Source: Squalus acanthias (lineage: Eukaryota). Taken from it: a DNA stretch of 64,000 nt. Location of the stretch: the NCBI GenBank assembly GCA_030390025.1, contig CM059441.1:53258001-53322000 (forward strand), given 5' to 3'. Within the stretch, counting starts at the first letter, position 1. Each line of letters begins with the position of its first letter. The notes under the pieces are model-generated. The model searched no databases and was not told the origin of the DNA. It saw nothing but the letters and a program-made list of their open reading frames with translations. Positions 1-10,909 of this stretch are shown piece after piece. The translations under genes and the position numbers were made by a program.

Positions 1-270
1 CCTCTGGTTCTTTAGCCAATTATCATAAGTCAGTGTCCTCTGGTTTCCGGCCGTCCTGCCAGTGGGAACAATTTCTCCTTATTGACTCGATCAAAACCAT
101 TGAGGATTTTTAACACCTTGAGGAAATCTCCTCTTAACCTTCTCTGTTACAAGGAGAACAATTCCAACTTCTCTATTTTCTCTACATAACTGAAGTCCCT
201 CATCCCTGGAACCATTCTGGTAAATCTCCTCTGCACCCTCTCCAAGGCCTTGATAGCCTTCCTAAAGTGT
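1..270 (-). mobile_element. CR1 LINE 3' fragment
   Basis: Reverse complement matches the CR1 ORF2 C-terminal region seen in other copies in this window (e.g. 3380-3823). Confidence 0.8.
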
Positions 271-444
271 AATGGTTTAACAGGAGTAGAGGAACAGAGA
301 AACTTAGTGATTCTGAAATAGGCACATGTTCAAAAGTGGGTGGACAAGCTGTAAGAGAAAAACTTTTGGTGGCAGATATCTAACTTGCTGCATCAAGAAT
401 CGTAAATCAGGCGGTTTCCATAATGGGCAACTGATCCCAAAGAG

Positions 445-730
445 TGGCGAGGGAGTTCTCCCCGGTGACCTGGGGCCGATAAATATCCCTCAACCAACAT
501 CGCTCAAAAAAAAATGAGATTATCTGGTCATTGCTGTTTGTGGGATCTTGCCATGTGCAAATGTGGCGATCCCATTACCACAGTGACCATCCTTCAACAA
601 AAAAGTACTTAGTTGGCTGTGAAGTGTCAGCCATAGCTCAGTGGGTTTAGCACTCTCGCCTCTGAGTCAGAAGGTTGAAGTCCCACTCCAGAGACTTGAG
701 CAGAAAAATCTAAGCTGATGCTCCCGGTGC
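445..730 (+). mobile_element. DeuSINE (SacSINE1-like) pieces: body/tail (445-625) followed by a new tRNA-derived head (626-730)
   Basis: GGGAGTTCTCCCCGGTG...ATCCCTCAACCAACATC...GATTATCTGGTCATTGCTGTTTGTGGGA central domain; head TAGCTCAGTGG...AGCACTCTCGCCTCTGAGTCAGAAGGTT. Same family at 6243-6645, 8985-9275 and 45306-45515. Confidence 0.75.
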
Positions 731-1170
731 AGTACTGAGAGCACTGCACTATTGGAGAGGCAGTACTGAGGGATCGCAGAACTATTGGAGCGGCAGTACT
801 GAGAGAGCGCTGCACTGTCAGAAGGGCTATACCGAGGGGCAGTACTGAGGGATCGCTGCACTGTCGGAGGGGCTGTACCGAGGAGCAGTACTGAGGGAGC
901 GCTGCACTGTCGGAGGAGCTGTACTGAGGGAGCGCTGCACTGTCGGAGGGGCAGTACTGAGGGATCGCTGCACTGTCGGAGGGGCTGAACTGAGGGATCG
1001 CTGCACTGTCGGAGGGGCTGAACTGAGGGATCGCTGCACTGTCGGAGGGGCTGTCCTGAGGGATCGCTGCACTGTCGGAGGGGCTGTCCTGAGGGATCAC
1101 TGCACTGTCGGAGGGGCTGTACTGAGGGAGCGCTGCACTGTCGGAGGATCTGTACTGAGGGATCGCTGCG
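729..1170. repeat. ~33-bp minisatellite (GTACTGAGGGATCGCTGCACTGTCGGAGGGGCT)n expanded from a SINE internal segment
   Basis: About 13 tandem units, contiguous with the SINE head; explains the repetitive ORFs at 627-1278. Confidence 0.9.
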
Positions 1171-1328
1171 CTGTGTCTTGTAGACCCTGCCTGATCCAGT
1201 CACCCCGATGCTCCTTCCTGGCAAATGCCACTTGAACTCATCTGATGAGTTGGATTGGACAACACAAAGGCAGGTCACGTTGGTCAGATACCGCGTGCAT
1301 TTCGACTCTGACAGAATGACTGCATCAT
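1171..1328 (-). pseudogene. Siglec/MAG-like pseudogene, membrane-proximal Ig exon (MAG domain-5 type), 3'-truncated by the minisatellite
   Basis: Acceptor ttacag at 1334-1329; phase-1 reading (Y)DAVILSESKCTRYLTNVTCLCVVQSNSSDEFKWHLPGRSI, resembling the ESxC...CLCVVxSN pattern of MAG domain 5. Confidence 0.75.
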
Positions 1329-1374
1329 CTGTAAGATGTGATTTGAGGAAAAAGGCCCATTAAATTATCCAGTT

Positions 1375-1970
1375 TCAGTAGACAGGTACATGAAAGCAAT
1401 CGAACATTGGCCTTTATCTCGAGGGTTGGAATACAAAGGGGAGGAAGTTCTGCTGAGCCTTGTACAGAGCCTTGGTCAGACCGTATCTGGAGTATTTCCT
1501 TCAGTTCTGGGCACCGTACCTGAGGAAGGATATATTGGCCTTGGAGGAGTTGCAGCACAGATTCACCAGAATGATACCAGGGCTTAAATTATGAGAACAG
1601 GTTGCATAGACTAGGCTTGTATTTTCTCGAGAATAGAAGATTAGTGGTTTATCTAATCGAGGTGTTGAAGATGATTAAAGGAATTGATCGGGTAGATAGA
1701 GAAAACCTATTTCTTCTGGTGGGGGGAATCCAGAACAAGGGGACACAATCTTCAAATTGGAGCTAGGCCGTTCAGTGGTGATGTCAGGAGGCAGTTCTTC
1801 ACACAAAGGGTGGTGGAAATCTGGAAATCTCCCTAAAATGCTGTGGATCAATTGGAGCTTTCAAGATTGAGATCGATAGATTTGTTGGTAAGGGTATCAA
1901 GGGATATGGAGCAAAGGCAGGTTAATGGAGTTGAGGTACAGATCAGACATGATCTAATTGAATGGCTTGA
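1375..1970 (+). mobile_element. CR1 LINE 3' fragment
   Basis: Degenerate RGLEYK..LLSLxxxLVRPxLEY and FFTQRVVxIW motifs, plus CR1 3' UTR. Confidence 0.85.
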
Positions 1971-2219
1971 TTGACTGGCTAATTGAATGACTGGGAGTGC
2001 GGCCTGGATTATAGGGTTCCAGTCTCTGGATTGGGAGATTTCCCGAGATCGTAAAAGGCACTGTGTTCATGCAAGTTCTTTATTACTTCAATTTGAACTT
2101 AAAGCTTTGTCATTTGAGAGCGTCTTAAGAATTCTGAATTACGGAACAAGACATTCGGTTTATTTTGGCTCAACGTCAAAATGGAGGAATTTCTTTTCAT
2201 CAAAATTAAAGGTACTCAC

Positions 2220-2400
2220 ATTCGGTGGGAATTCTAACGGGCGGAGAGCGTGAGCTGCCCAGGGCACTTGTTGCTTTGCAGTAGTAGGAGATTTCCTCTC
2301 CGATGTTCAACATCTAATATGTGGGTCTCGGACTTTGGCTGGAGCGGCATACAAGCTGGGACTGGATACAGCTCCAACACTAGCACGTGTACAAACTGCT
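2220..2400 (-). pseudogene. Siglec/MAG-like pseudogene, degraded third Ig (C2) exon remnant
   Basis: 3' end reads EEISYYCKATSALGSSRSPPVRIPTE-T|gtgagt (donor 2219-2214, phase 1, joins the 1328 exon as TAT). In-frame TAG upstream; 5' boundary unclear next to a CR1 insertion. Confidence 0.6.
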
Positions 2401-2427
2401 CTGTGTCCTGATTAGAGACTGATTTTA

Positions 2428-2925
2428 CATAGAATTGCATAGAATGTGCAGCACAGTAACTGGCCATTCGGCCCAATTGGTCCATGCCGATGTTTCTGCT
2501 CCACACGAGCCTCCTACCATCCTACTTCATCTCACCCTATCAGCATATCCATCTATTCCTTTCCCCATCATCTGCTTATCTAGCTTCCCCTTAAATGTAT
2601 CTTTGCCATTCGCCTCAGCCACTCAATGTGGTAGTGAGTTCCACATTCTCACCACTCTCTGGGTAAAGAAGTGTCTCCTGAATTCCTTATTAGATTTATT
2701 AGTGACTTATAATTATGGCCCCTAGTTTTAGACTCCACCCACCCCCTCACAAGTGGAAACATCTCTACCTCTACCCTATCGAACCCCTTCATAATTTTGA
2801 AGACCTCTATGAGGTCACCCCTCAGCCTTCTCTTTTCGCGAGAAAAGAGCCCCAGCTTATTCAGTCTTTCCTGATAATAACCTCTCAGTTCTGGTACCAT
2901 CCTTGTGAATCTTTTTTGCACCTTC
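2428..2925 (-). mobile_element. CR1 LINE 3' fragment
   Basis: VQKRFTRMVPELRG..ERLNKLGLFSREKRRLRGDLIEVFKIMKGFD; CATAGAA tail repeats. Confidence 0.9.
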
Positions 2926-2995
2926 ACGAGTACCTCATTTAATATGTGAACAACAGCACCTGTAACACAAACAAGACTTGATGGCCAATACTTAC

Positions 2996-3283
2996 ATTTA
3001 ACACTTAAGGTGACGGAGTTCACCAGTTGATGGCTGGTTTCAGGATAGTCGGACGTACAGAGAACAGTTGGCCCGTGATGCTTGAACGAAGGGTTAAAGG
3101 TCAGCACAGTGGAAACCTCGCCACTGTTCTTGGTGATGGTGTGGACAGTGGAATCTGGCAATTCACTCCAGGATAGAATGGGCCGATTATCAGGGCAGGC
3201 GTAGAGGGATTTGCAGATTATATTCGCAGGACGCCCTTCGGTTATATCCTCCGGGAGTAATATGTCGGGTCTATCCGGAACAT
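2996..3283 (-). pseudogene. Siglec/MAG-like gene, second Ig (C2-set) exon, open frame
   Basis: 288 nt, phase 1/1, tgtccag acceptor and gtaagt donor. Reads VPDRPDILLPEDITEGRPANIICKSLYACPDNRPILSW...STVLTFNPSFKHHGPTVLCTSDY...VTLSVK, with the extra Cys (ACP) typical of Siglec domain 2. Confidence 0.88.
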
Positions 3284-3371
3284 CTGGACAATAAGAAAGA
3301 TACAGAGGTTGACAGTCAAACAGTTCGGAGCCGTCGACCCAATGATTCGCTTGGGTTTGTCCTATGCTTTT

Positions 3372-4030
3372 TCATAAAATCATAGAAATTTACAGCACAG
3401 AAGGAGGCCATTCGGCCCGTCGTGACTGAGCTGGCTGCTTAGTCCCACATCCCCACTTTTTGTCCGTAACCCTGTAAGTTCCTGATCCTCAAGCACCTGG
3501 CCAACTCCCTTTTCAACATTATTTATGGAATCAGCTTCCACCACCTTTTCAGGTCGAGCGATCCAGATACCGTCAATTCTCTGAGTGAAAACATTTCTCC
3601 TTATCTTCCCTATAGATCTTTTTCCAATAATTTTGAATCTATGACTGCTAGTTATTGACCCACTCACCAGCGGGAATAATTTTTCTCTACGTTCTCTGTG
3701 AAAATCTCTCATCATCTTGAAAACCTCAATTAGGTCACCTCTTAACCTTCTCTGTTCCAAGGAGAACAGTCCTAACTTTTCCAACCTCTCCTCATACTTG
3801 AAGTCTCTCATCCCTGGTAACATCCTGGTAAACCTCCTCTATACCCTTACTAAGGCCTTTACATCTTTCCTGAAGTGTGGGGCCCAGAATTGTCCACAAT
3901 ACTACACCTGAGGCCTAACCAGTGATTTATAAAGTTCTAGTCTGATCTCTTGCTTTTATATTCGATTCCTCTATTTAAAACCCAAGTAACCCATATGCTT
4001 TTTTAACCACCTTATCAACTTGCACCCTCA
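3372..4030 (-). mobile_element. CR1 LINE 3' fragment
   Basis: ORF 3380-3823 YEERLEKLGLFSLEQRRLRGDLIEVFK...FTQR. Confidence 0.9.
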
Positions 4031-4074
4031 TCTGCAAACATCGTAGGCAGATGACACTTCCATGACTGTTCCAT

Positions 4075-4790
4075 GTGCGATAGCGTAGTGGTCCTGATAC
4101 TGGACAAAAACCCAATGGTCATGAGTTCAAATCCCACTTGAGCAAGTTGAATTGAATAAATCTGGTCATTTATGGGCAGGACAAATGGCCATGGAATCTG
4201 CAGGATTGTCCTCAATGCTGCCCCCACCAGCCCCGCAACTGGATCATCAATGTCCTTCAGTGAAGAGGACCTACCATCGCTATCTGGTCTGGACATCCAT
4301 GTTACTCCAGTCCCACGTGGTGTGGTTCACACATGCTGAGGTAGCTCACTCGTGACAATAATTTAAAATTCTCAGAGGGCTTGACAGGGTAGATGCTGGG
4401 AGGATGTTTCTCCTGGCTGGGGAGTCTAGAATTACGGGTCAAAGCCTCAGAATAAGGGGTCGGCCATTTAGGACTGAGATGAGGAGAAATTTCTTCACTC
4501 AAAGGGTTGTGAATCTTTGGAATTCTCTACCTCATAGAGCAGTGGATGCTCAGTCGCTGAATATATTCAAGGCAGAGATCGATGGATTTTTGGATACTAA
4601 GGGAATCGAGGGATTTGGGGATAGTGCGGGAAGGTCGAAGATCAGCCATAATCTTATTGAATGGCGGAGCAGGCACGAAGGGCCGTAAGGCCTACTACTG
4701 GTGCCATTTGTTATGTTCTTAAAAGTCCCAATAGCACCTTCTCAGGGCAAGTAGGGTGTGTCCACACCTCAAGACAGATAAAACAAAAAA
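4075..4790 (+). mobile_element. Degraded tRNA-derived SINE (4075-4335, tail about 4730-4790) interrupted by a CR1 3' fragment (4365-4722)
   Basis: A-box TAGCGTAGTGG and B-box GAGTTCAAATCCC; tail CACCTTCTCAGGGCAA resembles the 3' end of the second LINE lineage; CR1 ORF at 4404-4688. Confidence 0.6.
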
Positions 4791-4819
4791 TAATTCATAT
4801 TCTGGTATCTCACTTTAGA

Positions 4820-6090
4820 TAGAATTACATCGCGTCTACAGCACAGAAACAGGCCATTCGACCCAACTGGTCCATGCCAGTGTTGATGCTCCACACGAGC
4901 CTCCTCCCAGCCTACTTCATCTCACCCTATCAGCATAGCCTTCTATTCCATTCTCCATCATGTGTTTATCTAGCTTCCCGCCTCAACCACTCCCTGTGGT
5001 CGCGAGTTCCACATTCTCACCACTCTCTGGGTGAAGAATGTTCCTCCTGAATTCCCTATTGGATTTATTAGTGACTATCTTATATCGCGTGTGACCCCAG
5101 ATAGTGAGTGTTGACAGTGTATTTGGGCGTGTGGGGAATTCCCACCCAGTCAATCGTTCCCTCACAGGACATCCCCACACAAATGGGGGTAATTTTAACG
5201 TTTATCAGCAGGGAATCGACCGCCCGCTTTACTCCTCGCTTGATATTCACTTCCATCCTCTTCAATCTGGGATCTTGCTGTGCGTAATACGGTTGCTATA
5301 TTTCTCTGCATTGCAACTGTCACTAGAGTTTTCAGGTAATTCATGGGCTGTGATGCGAACTAGAACATTCTGAAGACGTGAAAGGCGCTATCTAAATGCA
5401 ATTCTTTCTTTCTTTATCGTCCTCTGACTTCAAAATTATCACCACTTTTAACTTAAAATTGTACAGCACAGAAGGAGGCCATTCGGCCCATCGAACCTGT
5501 GCCAGCTCTTTGAAAGAACAATCAAATAGTCCCACTCCCCTTCCTGCTCTTTCCTCATAGCCCTGCAAATGTGTCCTTTTCATGTATTCATACAGTTCCT
5601 TCTTCAAATTTATTATTGAATCTGCTTCCACCGCCCTTTCAGGCAGCGCATTCCAGATCATAACTCGCTGCGTCAAAACATTTCACATCATCTCCCCCCG
5701 CTGGTTCTTCAGCCAATTATCTTAAATCTGTGTCCTCCGGTTACCAACCCTCCTGCCAGTGGAAACAGTTTCTCCTTGTTTCCTTTATCAGAACCCCTCG
5801 TCAATATTTGAACACCTCTATTAACTCTCCTTTAACCTTCTCTGCTCCAAGGAGAGCAATCCCAGCTTCTGCCATCTCTCTACGTAACTGAAGTGCCTCA
5901 TTCCTGGCACCATTCTGGTAAATCTCCTCTGCACCCTCTTCAAGGCCTTGACATCCTTCCTAAAGTGTGCGATGCCCAGAATTGGACACAATACTCCAGC
6001 TGGGGCCTAACCAGTGATATACAAAGGGTTCAGCATGACCTCCTTGCTTCTGTACTCTGTGTCTCCTCTATCTATAAACCCAAGGAGCTC
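4820..6090 (-). mobile_element. Two CR1 3' fragments (about 4820-5100 and 5450-6090)
   Basis: TNKSNREFRRN and TQRVMIWNALPERAVEADSI motifs with CR1 tails. Confidence 0.8.
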
Positions 6091-6242
6091 ATCTTCTGGT
6101 CAATCTTGAACCTCGGGCTTCTCAAAAAGGGAAGGACTGTTCCTGACACAGTTGCTGAGGACAATATTTTGGAAACGGTTTTGCATTCCCTGCATTGACA
6201 TCCCACAACCTGTTCCAGCAAAGTGACCAAACGACCGAGATT

Positions 6243-6645
6243 AAATAAAGTCTTGCATTGCTATAGCGCCTTTCATGACCTCCCAAAACAATTTACACCC
6301 AATTAAGTAGTTCTGAAGTGTAGTTACTATTGTAATGTAGGAAACGCAGCAGATGATTTTCACACAGCAAGCTCCCACAAACATCAATGACCAGATCACC
6401 TGGGTTTTTTCAGTGATGTTGGATTGAGAGGCTAACATTGGCCCAGGACACGAGGGAGAACTCCCTGCTCACCTTTCAATCAACCTGAGAGTGCAGATGA
6501 GGCCTCAGTTTAACATCTCATCTGAAAGAGTGTCAGCCTGGTATTTTGTTCTCAAGTCTCACTGCAGTGGGACTCTGAACCCACGATCTGCTGACTCACC
6601 GGCGAGAGAGCGAGAATGCTAAACCCACTGAGCCACGGCTGACAC
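6243..6645 (-). mobile_element. DeuSINE (SacSINE1-like), near full length
   Basis: Reverse complement has a tRNA head (GCCGTGGCTCAGTGG), central domain and L2-type tail (AAGGCGCTATA..ATGCAAG). Confidence 0.75.
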
Positions 6646-6679
6646 TGACAACCTGAGTGTCAAAGCAACTGAGACTCAT

Positions 6680-7034
6680 GGACAACCTGTAGCTGGACGG
6701 GTTCTTTGAAAGTATGATCCTTGAAGCCCTCCAAATCCATATAGAAGTAATACACGGCACTGTCGTCGGGACTGAGATTATTCATCCTCAAGGAGCAATT
6801 CTTCTGCTTCAGTTCTCCAGCTATTTTGGTTCATCCCACAAATTTGGACATCCCATATTTGGGATCTTTGGTGTAGTAGACTGTGCTTCCAGTAATACCA
6901 GTACTTAAACCAGGCTCCATGTAGGGCTGTGTAAGGGTGTGAAGGGAAGTCAACAGTACAGGGTATAACCACACAAGATCTGCTCACGGCCCTCCTCGGC
7001 AGAGCGCGGAGGGACCATTCCTCCGATAACACGC
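6680..7034 (-). pseudogene. Siglec/MAG-like pseudogene, V-set Ig exon (frameshift, stop, mutated donor)
   Basis: ttttcag acceptor; GVLSEEWS...SCVVIPCTVDFP...GAWFK, frameshift near 6880, then VYYTKDPKYGMSKFVG*TKIAGELKQKNCSLRMNNLSPDDSAVYYFYMDLEG...PVQLQV. Length 355 nt (3n+1); TGA at 6833-6831; donor reads ATGAGT instead of GTGAGT. Confidence 0.88.
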
Positions 7035-7164
7035 CTGAAAAGGAACGAGGTGGGGGGAAAGAAGTGAACAAAACAGGGCACAACGAACAACATCAGATCT
7101 GCTTCTCCTTCTACCCGGCAACGGCCTGAGGCTGAACCGGACCATTGGCAACCTTGGTGTCGTA

Positions 7165-7868
7165 TTTGACCCTGAGATGGGCTACTGACCACATATCTGC
7201 TCCATCAACAAGACCGCCTACTTCCACCTCCGTTACATCACCCGTCTCCGCCCCTCACTCAGCTCATCTGCTGCTGAAACCTTCATTCATGCCTTTGTTA
7301 TCTCCAGACTTAACTCTTCCAAAGCTCTCCAGGCCGGCCTCCCATCTTCCACCCTCCGTATACTTAAGATTATCCAAAATTCTGCTGCCAGTATAATAAC
7401 TCGCCCCAAATCCCAACACCCATCACCTCTGTGCTCGCTGACCTACATTGGCTCCCGGTTGAGCAAAGCCTCGATTTTAAAATTCTCCTCCTTGTTTTCA
7501 AATCCCTCCATGGCCTTGTCCTTCCATATCTCTGTAACCTCCTCCAGCCCTTCAACCCACCGAGATCTCTGCTCTCCTTCAATTCTGGCCTCTTGCGCAT
7601 CCCTGATTTCCATCGCTTCACCATTGGTGGCCGTGCCTTCAGCTGCCTCGGTCCTAAGCTCTGGAATTCCCTCCCTAAACCTCTCCGCCTCGCTCTCCTC
7701 CTGTAAGACACTCCTTAAAAATTACCACTTTGACCAAGGTTTTGGTCACCTGTCCTAATATCTCCTCATGTGGCTCGGCATCAAACTTTGTTTGTCAACG
7801 CTCCTGTGAAGCACCTTGGGACGTTTTACTACATTAAAGGCGCTATATAAATGCAAGTTGTTGTTGTT
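7165..7868 (+). mobile_element. L2 LINE 3' fragment
   Basis: LADLHWLPVEQSLDFKILLLVFKSLHG...GGRAFSCLGPKLWNSLP; tail GCGCTATATAAATGCAAG(TTG)n. Confidence 0.9.
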
Positions 7869-7874
7869 ATTACA

Positions 7875-8352
7875 TTCATAGAATTTTCAGCACAGAAACA
7901 GCCCATTCGGCCCAACAGGTCCACACGAGCCTCCTCCCACCCCTCTTCATCTCACCCTATCTAAACTAATCTAATCCTATCAGCATGTCCTTCTATTCCT
8001 TTCTCCCTCATCTGTTTATCTAGCTTCCCCTTAAATACGTCTACGCTGTTCACCTCAACTACTCCCTGTGGTCGCGAGTTCCACATTCTCACCACTCTCT
8101 GGACAAAGAAGTTTCTCCTGAACTCCCTATTGGATTTATTGGTGGCTGTATTATATTTTTGACCGCTAGTTCTGGACTCCCCCACAAGTGGAAACATCTT
8201 CTCTCCGTCTACCCTGTCAAACCCCTTGATGATTTTAAAGACCTCTATCAGGTCGCCCCTCAGCCTTCTCTTTTCTAGAGAAAAGAGCCCCAGCCTGTTC
8301 AGTCTTTCCTGATCGCTGTAACCTCTCAGCTCTGGTGTTATCTTTGTGAATC
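7875..8352 (-). mobile_element. CR1 LINE 3' fragment
   Basis: ORF 7961-8197 RRNFFVQRVVRMWNSRP. Confidence 0.85.
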
Positions 8353-8474
8353 GGATTCACTTATTTCAATGAGTATGATTTGTTTTCATGTAGTAATAGA
8401 AAGTAACGAACACACTAAGCACCGCCTCACGTCAGTGGCTCATCCTGCTAGATTAAACAAAGTAACTTCTAACT

Positions 8475-8880
8475 ATTCCTTAGAGCAGACAAGGCTAAGA
8501 GGAGATTTGATAGAGTTGTTTAAAATCATGAAGGGTTTAGAAAGAATAAATAAAGAGAAATTGGCTGAAGGGCCGATAACCAGAGGGCAGAGATTTAAGG
8601 TGATTGGCAAAAGAACCAGAGGCGACAAGAGGAAAAACTTCTTTACACAACGAGTGGTTAGGATTTGGAATGCACTTCCTGATGAGGCGGTGGAAACAGA
8701 TTCAATAGTAGCCTTCGCAAGAGAATTGGATAAATACTTGAAGGCAAAATATTTGCAGGGATATGGGGAAAGAGCGGGGAAGTGGGACTAACTGGATTGC
8801 TCTTCGAAAGAGCCGGCGCAGACTCGATGGGCTGAATTGCCTCCTTCTGTGCTGTACTATTCTGTGATTCTATGATTCTA
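8475..8880 (+). mobile_element. CR1 LINE 3' fragment
   Basis: SLEQTRLRGDLIELFK...NFFTQRVVRIWNALP; (GATTCTAT)n tail. Confidence 0.9.
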
Positions 8881-8984
8881 TTCACCTGCAATCTAACCTT
8901 CCTGCGGCTTTAGATGGGCCTGATTGTCTGTGTTTTACCCCCTTCTATTATCACCTAAGTGGTTTCCAAGACCAAGTCCCCATC

Positions 8985-9275
8985 TGCTCTCTCAGGAGGA
9001 CATAAACGATCCTACGGTCACTATTTGGAAGAAGAGCAGGGGGAGTTCTCCCCGGTGTCCTGGGGCCAAAATTTATCTTTCAATCAACATCACTAAAAAA
9101 AATCAGATTATCTGGTCTTTATCTCATTGCTGTTTCTGGGATCTTGCAGGGCGCAAATTGGCTGCCGCGTTTCCTACAACTGTGACCACCTTTCAAAAGT
9201 GCTTCATTGACTGTAAAGCGCTTTGGGACATCTTGAGGTTGCGAAAGGCGCTATATAAATGCAAGTTCTGTCTTT
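8985..9275 (+). mobile_element. DeuSINE 3' half
   Basis: Central domain and L2-type tail. Confidence 0.8.
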
Positions 9276-9339
9276 AAGCAGATCCTGTTCACAAATATCG
9301 CCCCCTACTGCTGATGAGCAATATTGCAGGCAGCGCGCG

Positions 9340-9346
9340 CGCACAC

Positions 9347-9384
<38 letters not shown>
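9340..9384. repeat. (CA)n microsatellite
   Basis: Directly visible. Confidence 0.95.
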
Positions 9385-9386
<2 letters not shown>

Positions 9387-9567
9387 TGTTGTAAAGGGTG
9401 TGATGGATTTGAAACATCCCATTTTCAGTTTTTTTTTGTTTAAAGTGTTAACAGATAAGCTTGCCCATTTTCAAGTCGTGCTCCAATAATCCTGCAGGCT
9501 CCCAGTTTGGAGAGATGTAATGTTTTGATTGCTTCATATAGTTCATCTGTCTATTTTATTCCCCAGC

Positions 9568-10268
9568 TAACAGCAACTTGCATTTACACAGCGCCTTTAA
9601 TGTAGTAAAACGTCCCAGGGCGCTTCACGGGAGCGTAGGTCAGACAAAAGTTTAACACCGAGCCACATAAGGAGATATTGGGACAGGTGGCCCAAAGCTT
9701 GGTCAGAGGTAGGTTTTCAGGAGTGTCTTCAAGGAGGAGAGAGAGGCGGAGAGGTTTAGGGAGGGAATTCCAGAGCTTGGGGCCGAGGCAGCTGAAGGTA
9801 CGGCCGCCAATTGTGGGGCGATGAAAATCGGGGATGCACAAGAGGCCAGAATTACAGGACGGCAGAGATCTCGCAGGGTTGTAGGGCTGGAGGAGGTTAC
9901 AGAGATAGGGAGGGGAGCGAGGCAATTGAGGGATTTGAAGACAAGGATGAGAATTTTAAAATCGAGCCATTGCCAGACTGGGACCCAATGTAGGTCAGCG
10001 AGCACAGGGGTGCTGGGTGAACCGGACTTGGTGCGAGGTACGATATGGGGCAGCAGAGTTTTGGATGAGCTGAACCTTACGGAGGGGGAAGATGGGAGGC
10101 CGGCCAGGAGAGCGTTAGAATAGTCGTGTCTGGAGGTAACAAAGGCATGGATGTGGGTTTCAGCAGCAGATGAGCTGAGGCAAGGGCGGAGACGGGCGAT
10201 GTTACGGAGGTGGAAGTAGGCGGTCTTGATGTTGGAGAGGATATGGGGGTCGGAAGCTCAGCTTAGGG
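9568..10268 (-). mobile_element. L2 LINE 3' fragment
   Basis: LADLHWVPV..LDFKILILVFKSL and GPKLWNSLP; inverted relative to the 7165-7868 copy. Confidence 0.9.
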
Positions 10269-10909
10269 TCAAATAGGAGACAGAAGGGATAAAACAAGCA
10301 GAAAATAACCATTTGAGTCTGTACAAGCAACAGATCTGATAAGTTCCCAGGATTAACTCACAGTCCCGATGTATATGTAATACATTGACAGCAACATGGT
10401 CCAATGTCAGGACAGAAGAGGTGTAATAGTTAGCAGTAAGATTAAACTGCAGAAGCTGCTTGGCCCATAAGAACACTCACAGATCAGATCATGGTGTGAA
10501 ATGCAGAGCGCCGTACAGCTTGTAGACCATTAGCACTTTCATTATCTACAGTCGTACAACCTTTTCAAAGTTGCATGAAAACATTACAGTTCATATGAGT
10601 GTGTATAAGTGTGTCTGTGTGAGTATATTTGGGTGAGTGAGTGTGTGAGTATTTGGATGAGTGTGTGTGTGTGTGTGAGAGTGTTTGTGTGTGTGAGAGT
10701 GAAAGTGAATGTGTGTGATGGCGTTCTCAGGATAATTCGCTGACCAATTGACCCAATGTTAGTAAAATTGTGATCTTTTTAGTTCTTAGCTCTGAGCTGC
10801 AAACACAGCATCACAGGATAGTTATGGATCAGACATTCAGCCATCGAGAGAGATCCTACATTCCCGCCATTGCAGCCACCAGTCTTTTAGTAAATGATGC
10901 CAGGACACT

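Noticed and set aside
627-1170. Long repetitive ORFs (157-203 aa) as real proteins
   Set aside because: They are by-products of a stop-free 33-bp tandem repeat open in several frames; only the 1171-1328 part is gene-derived.
2649-3161. 170-aa Ig/RT fusion ORF
   Set aside because: Chance read-through from the Ig exon past its gtaagt donor (2995) into a CR1 fragment.
10362-10407. MLLSMYYIYIGT|gtgagt as the Siglec-like signal-peptide exon
   Set aside because: It ends in phase 0 while the V exon needs phase 1, and it is weakly hydrophobic; the leader exon remains unidentified.
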